Source: Eledone cirrhosa
Lineage: Eukaryota
Assembly: GCA_964016885.1 (NCBI GenBank)
Contig: OZ024759.1
Location: 2,542,001 to 2,606,000, forward strand
DNA length: 64,000 nt
Direction: 5' to 3'
Shown here: positions 62,101-64,000 of the stretch, one piece after another
Layout of the letters: each line of letters opens with the position of its first letter
Numbering within the stretch: position 1 is the first letter of the stretch
Notes under the pieces: model-generated
What the model saw: the letters and a program-made list of their open reading frames with translations, nothing else
What the model was told of the DNA's origin: nothing
Database searches by the model: none
Translations under genes and position numbers: made by a program

Positions 62101-64000
62101 TGTTTCACCCATGTTTCTCCCTCCTCACTATTAGAGGTAACAAAGAGGTTAAAGTTCTGTTTCACCGATGGTTCTACCTCCTCACTAGTTGAGGTAACAA
62201 AGAGGTTAGAGTTCTGTTTCAGCCCTGTTTCTACCTCCTCACTATTTGAGGTAACAAAGAAATTAAAGTTCAGTTTCACCCATGTTTCTCCCTCCTCACT
62301 AGTTGAGGTAACAAAGATGTTAGAGTTCTGTTTCACCCATGTTTCTACATCCTTATAAGTTGAGGTAACAAAGAGGTTAAAGTTCTGTTTCACCCATGTT
62401 TCTACCTCCTCACTAGTTGAGGTAACAAAGAGGTTAAAGTTCTGTTTAACCCATGTTTCTAGCTTCCTCACTAGTTGAGGTAACAAAGAGGTTAAAGTTC
62501 TGTTTCACCCATGTTTCTACCCCCTCAATAGTTGAGGTAACAAAGAGGTTAAAGTTCTGTTTCACCCATGTTACTACCTCCTCACTAGTTGAGGTAACAA
62601 AGAGGTTAAAGTCCTGTTTCACCCATGTTTCTACCTCCTCACTAGTTGAGATTACAAAGAGGATAAAGTTCTGTTTCATCCATGTTTCTACCTCCTTACT
62701 AGTTGAGGTAACAAAGAGGTTAAAGTTCTGTTTCACCCATGTTTATACCTCCTCACTGGTTGAGGTAACAAAGAGGTTAAACTTCTGTTTAACCCACGTT
62801 TCTACCTTCCTCACTAGTTGAGGTAACAAAGAGGTTAAAGTTCTGTTTCACCCATGTTTCTTACTCCTCACTAGTTGAGGTAACAAAGAGGTTAAAGTTC
62901 TGTTTCACTCATATTTCTACCTCCTCACTAGTTGAGGTAACAAAGAGGTTAAAGTTCTGTTTCACCCATGTTCCTCCCTCCTCTCTAGTTGAGGTAACAA
63001 AGAGGTTAAAGTTCTGTTTCACCCATGTTTCTACCTCCTCACTATTTGAGGTAACAAAGAGGTTAAAGTTCTGTTTCACCCATGTTTCTCCCTCCTCGCT
63101 AGTTGAGGTAACAAAGAGGTTAAAGTTCTGTTTCACCCATCTTTCTCCCCCCTCACTAGTTGAGGTAACAAAGAGGTTATAGTTCTGTTCCACCCATGTT
63201 TCTCCCCCCTCACTAGTTGAGGTAACAAAGAGGTTAAAGTTCAGTTTCACCCATGTTTCTCCCCCCTCACTAGTTGAGGTAACAAAGAGGTTAAAGTTCT
63301 GTTTCACCCATGTTTCTCCATCCTCACTAGTTGAGGTAAGAAAGAGGTTAAAGTTCTGTTTCACCCATGTTCCTCCCTCCTCTCTAGTTGAGGTAACAAA
63401 GAGATTAAAGTTCAGTTTCACCCATGTTTCTCCCTCCTCACTAGTTAAGGTAACAAAGAGGTTAAAGTTCTGTTTCACCCATGTTTCTACCTCCTCACTA
63501 GTTGAGGTAACAAAGAGGTTAAAGTTCTGTTTCACCCATATTTCTACCTCCTCACTAGTTGAGGTAACAAAGAGGTTAAAGTTCTGTTTCACCCATGTTC
63601 TTCCCTCCTCTCTAGTTGAGGTAACAAAGAGGTTAAAGTTCTGTTTCACCCATGTTTGTCCCTCCTCACTAGTTGAGGTAACAAAGAGGTTAAAGTTCTG
63701 TTTCACCCATGTTTCTACCTCCTCACTATTTGAGGTAACAAAGAGGTTAAAGTTCTGTTTCACCCATGTTTCTCCCACCTCGCTAGTTGAGGTAACAAAG
63801 AGGTTAAAGTTCTGTTTCACCCATCTTTCTCCCCCCTCACTAGGTGAGGTAACAAAGAGGTTATAGTTCTGTTCCACCCATGTTTCTCCCCCCTCACTAG
63901 TTGAGGTAACAAAGATGTTAAAGTTCAGTTTCACCCATGTTTCTCCCTCCTCACTATTAGAGGTAACAAAGAGGTTAAAGTTCTGTTTCACCCATGTTTC
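50200..64000. repeat. More diverged domain of the same satellite with a different variant set
   Basis: Variants not seen upstream appear: TTTAACCCA[C/T]GTTTCTACCTTCC, GAGATTAC, AAGTCCTG, CCCATATTTC, CCTTATAAG, TTGCGGTAAC, GGTTATAG. The GGACCTAG monomer and the 11-bp deletion are not seen after about 50.7 kb. Confidence 0.85.
56850..62560. repeat. Imperfect 2,966-bp (52-monomer) tandem duplication in the diverged domain
   Basis: An offset of 2966 links TTGCGG at 57055/60021, the GTAACAAGAGG 1-bp deletion at 57001/59967, and 58507/61473, 58954/61920 and 59487/62453. The middle part (about 57.2-58.4 vs 60.2-61.4 kb) is rearranged. Confidence 0.82.

Larger units (their letters stand above)
1..64000. 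repeat. 57-bp monomer tandem satellite array, about 1,120 head-to-tail copies, running off both window ends
   Basis: The unit GAGGTAACAAAGAGGTTAAAGTTCTGTTTCACCCATGTTTCT[A/C]CCTCCTCACTAGTT (a canonical copy lies at 728-784) recurs continuously from base 1 to 64000. Most copies are within a few substitutions of consensus, with occasional 56-, 58- and 46-bp length variants. No inversion or foreign insertion seen. Confidence 0.99.

Noticed and set aside
475-62821. Plus-strand ORFs encoding VTKRLKFCFTHVS[T/P]SSLVE repeats
   Set aside because: These are the antisense shadow of the same unit, usually opened by the +1 frameshift monomer and ended by stops or indels. I see no sign of coding constraint.
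456-63991. Minus-strand ORFs encoding 19-aa repeats (VKQNFNLFVTSTSEE[G/V]ETW), up to 360 aa at 62909-63991
   Set aside because: They arise because 57 is divisible by 3 and one frame lacks a stop. There is no unique N- or C-terminal domain, starts are mostly internal GTG/TTG, frameshifts occur every few hundred bp and are copied by the duplications, and most block lengths (968, 2278, 3475, 2966) are not multiples of 3. Ribo-seq or proteomic evidence would be needed to revive this.
1-64000. CRISPR-like reading (constant part plus variable part, short palindrome)
   Set aside because: The variable part is the same sequence with 0-5 substitutions, not unique spacers. No leader or cas genes are present.
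1-64000. Variable-cassette system (diversity-generating retroelement, antigenic-variation cassettes, integron or shufflon array)
   Set aside because: No reverse transcriptase, recombinase or expression locus is present. Variants are inherited in fixed blocks by duplication and show no evident adenine-specific pattern.
1-64000. Telomeric repeat, rDNA/tRNA array or transposon-derived termini
   Set aside because: There is no short G-rich telomere unit, no recognisable structural RNA, and no terminal inverted repeats, LTRs or target-site duplications within the window.

Overview
The whole 64-kb window is one uninterrupted head-to-tail tandem array (satellite DNA) of a 57-bp monomer, about 1,120 copies, all in one orientation. 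The consensus is GAGGTAACAAAGAGGTTAAAGTTCTGTTTCACCCATGTTTCT[A/C]CCTCCTCACTAGTT (40-42% GC, no CpG). I see no unique sequence, transposon, RNA gene or CRISPR spacer. The many ORFs are by-products of a 57-bp (19-codon) unit that is stop-free in one frame per strand, and they are repeatedly broken by 1-bp indels. The information in the window is in the variant pattern. From about 3.2 to 50.2 kb the array is a mosaic of near-identical multi-monomer blocks (10, 17, 28, 40, 61, 70 and 76 monomers, plus copies about 10.7, 17 and 29 kb apart) whose nested duplication order can be partly reconstructed. After about 50.2 kb it becomes a more diverged domain with its own variants and a 52-monomer (2,966-bp) period. 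This resembles layered eukaryotic (peri)centromeric or subtelomeric satellite, but neither organism nor function can be determined from sequence alone. I found no supportable novel protein-coding system. Offsets were read by hand from diagnostic variants and the ORF track, so block boundaries are approximate (about one monomer).
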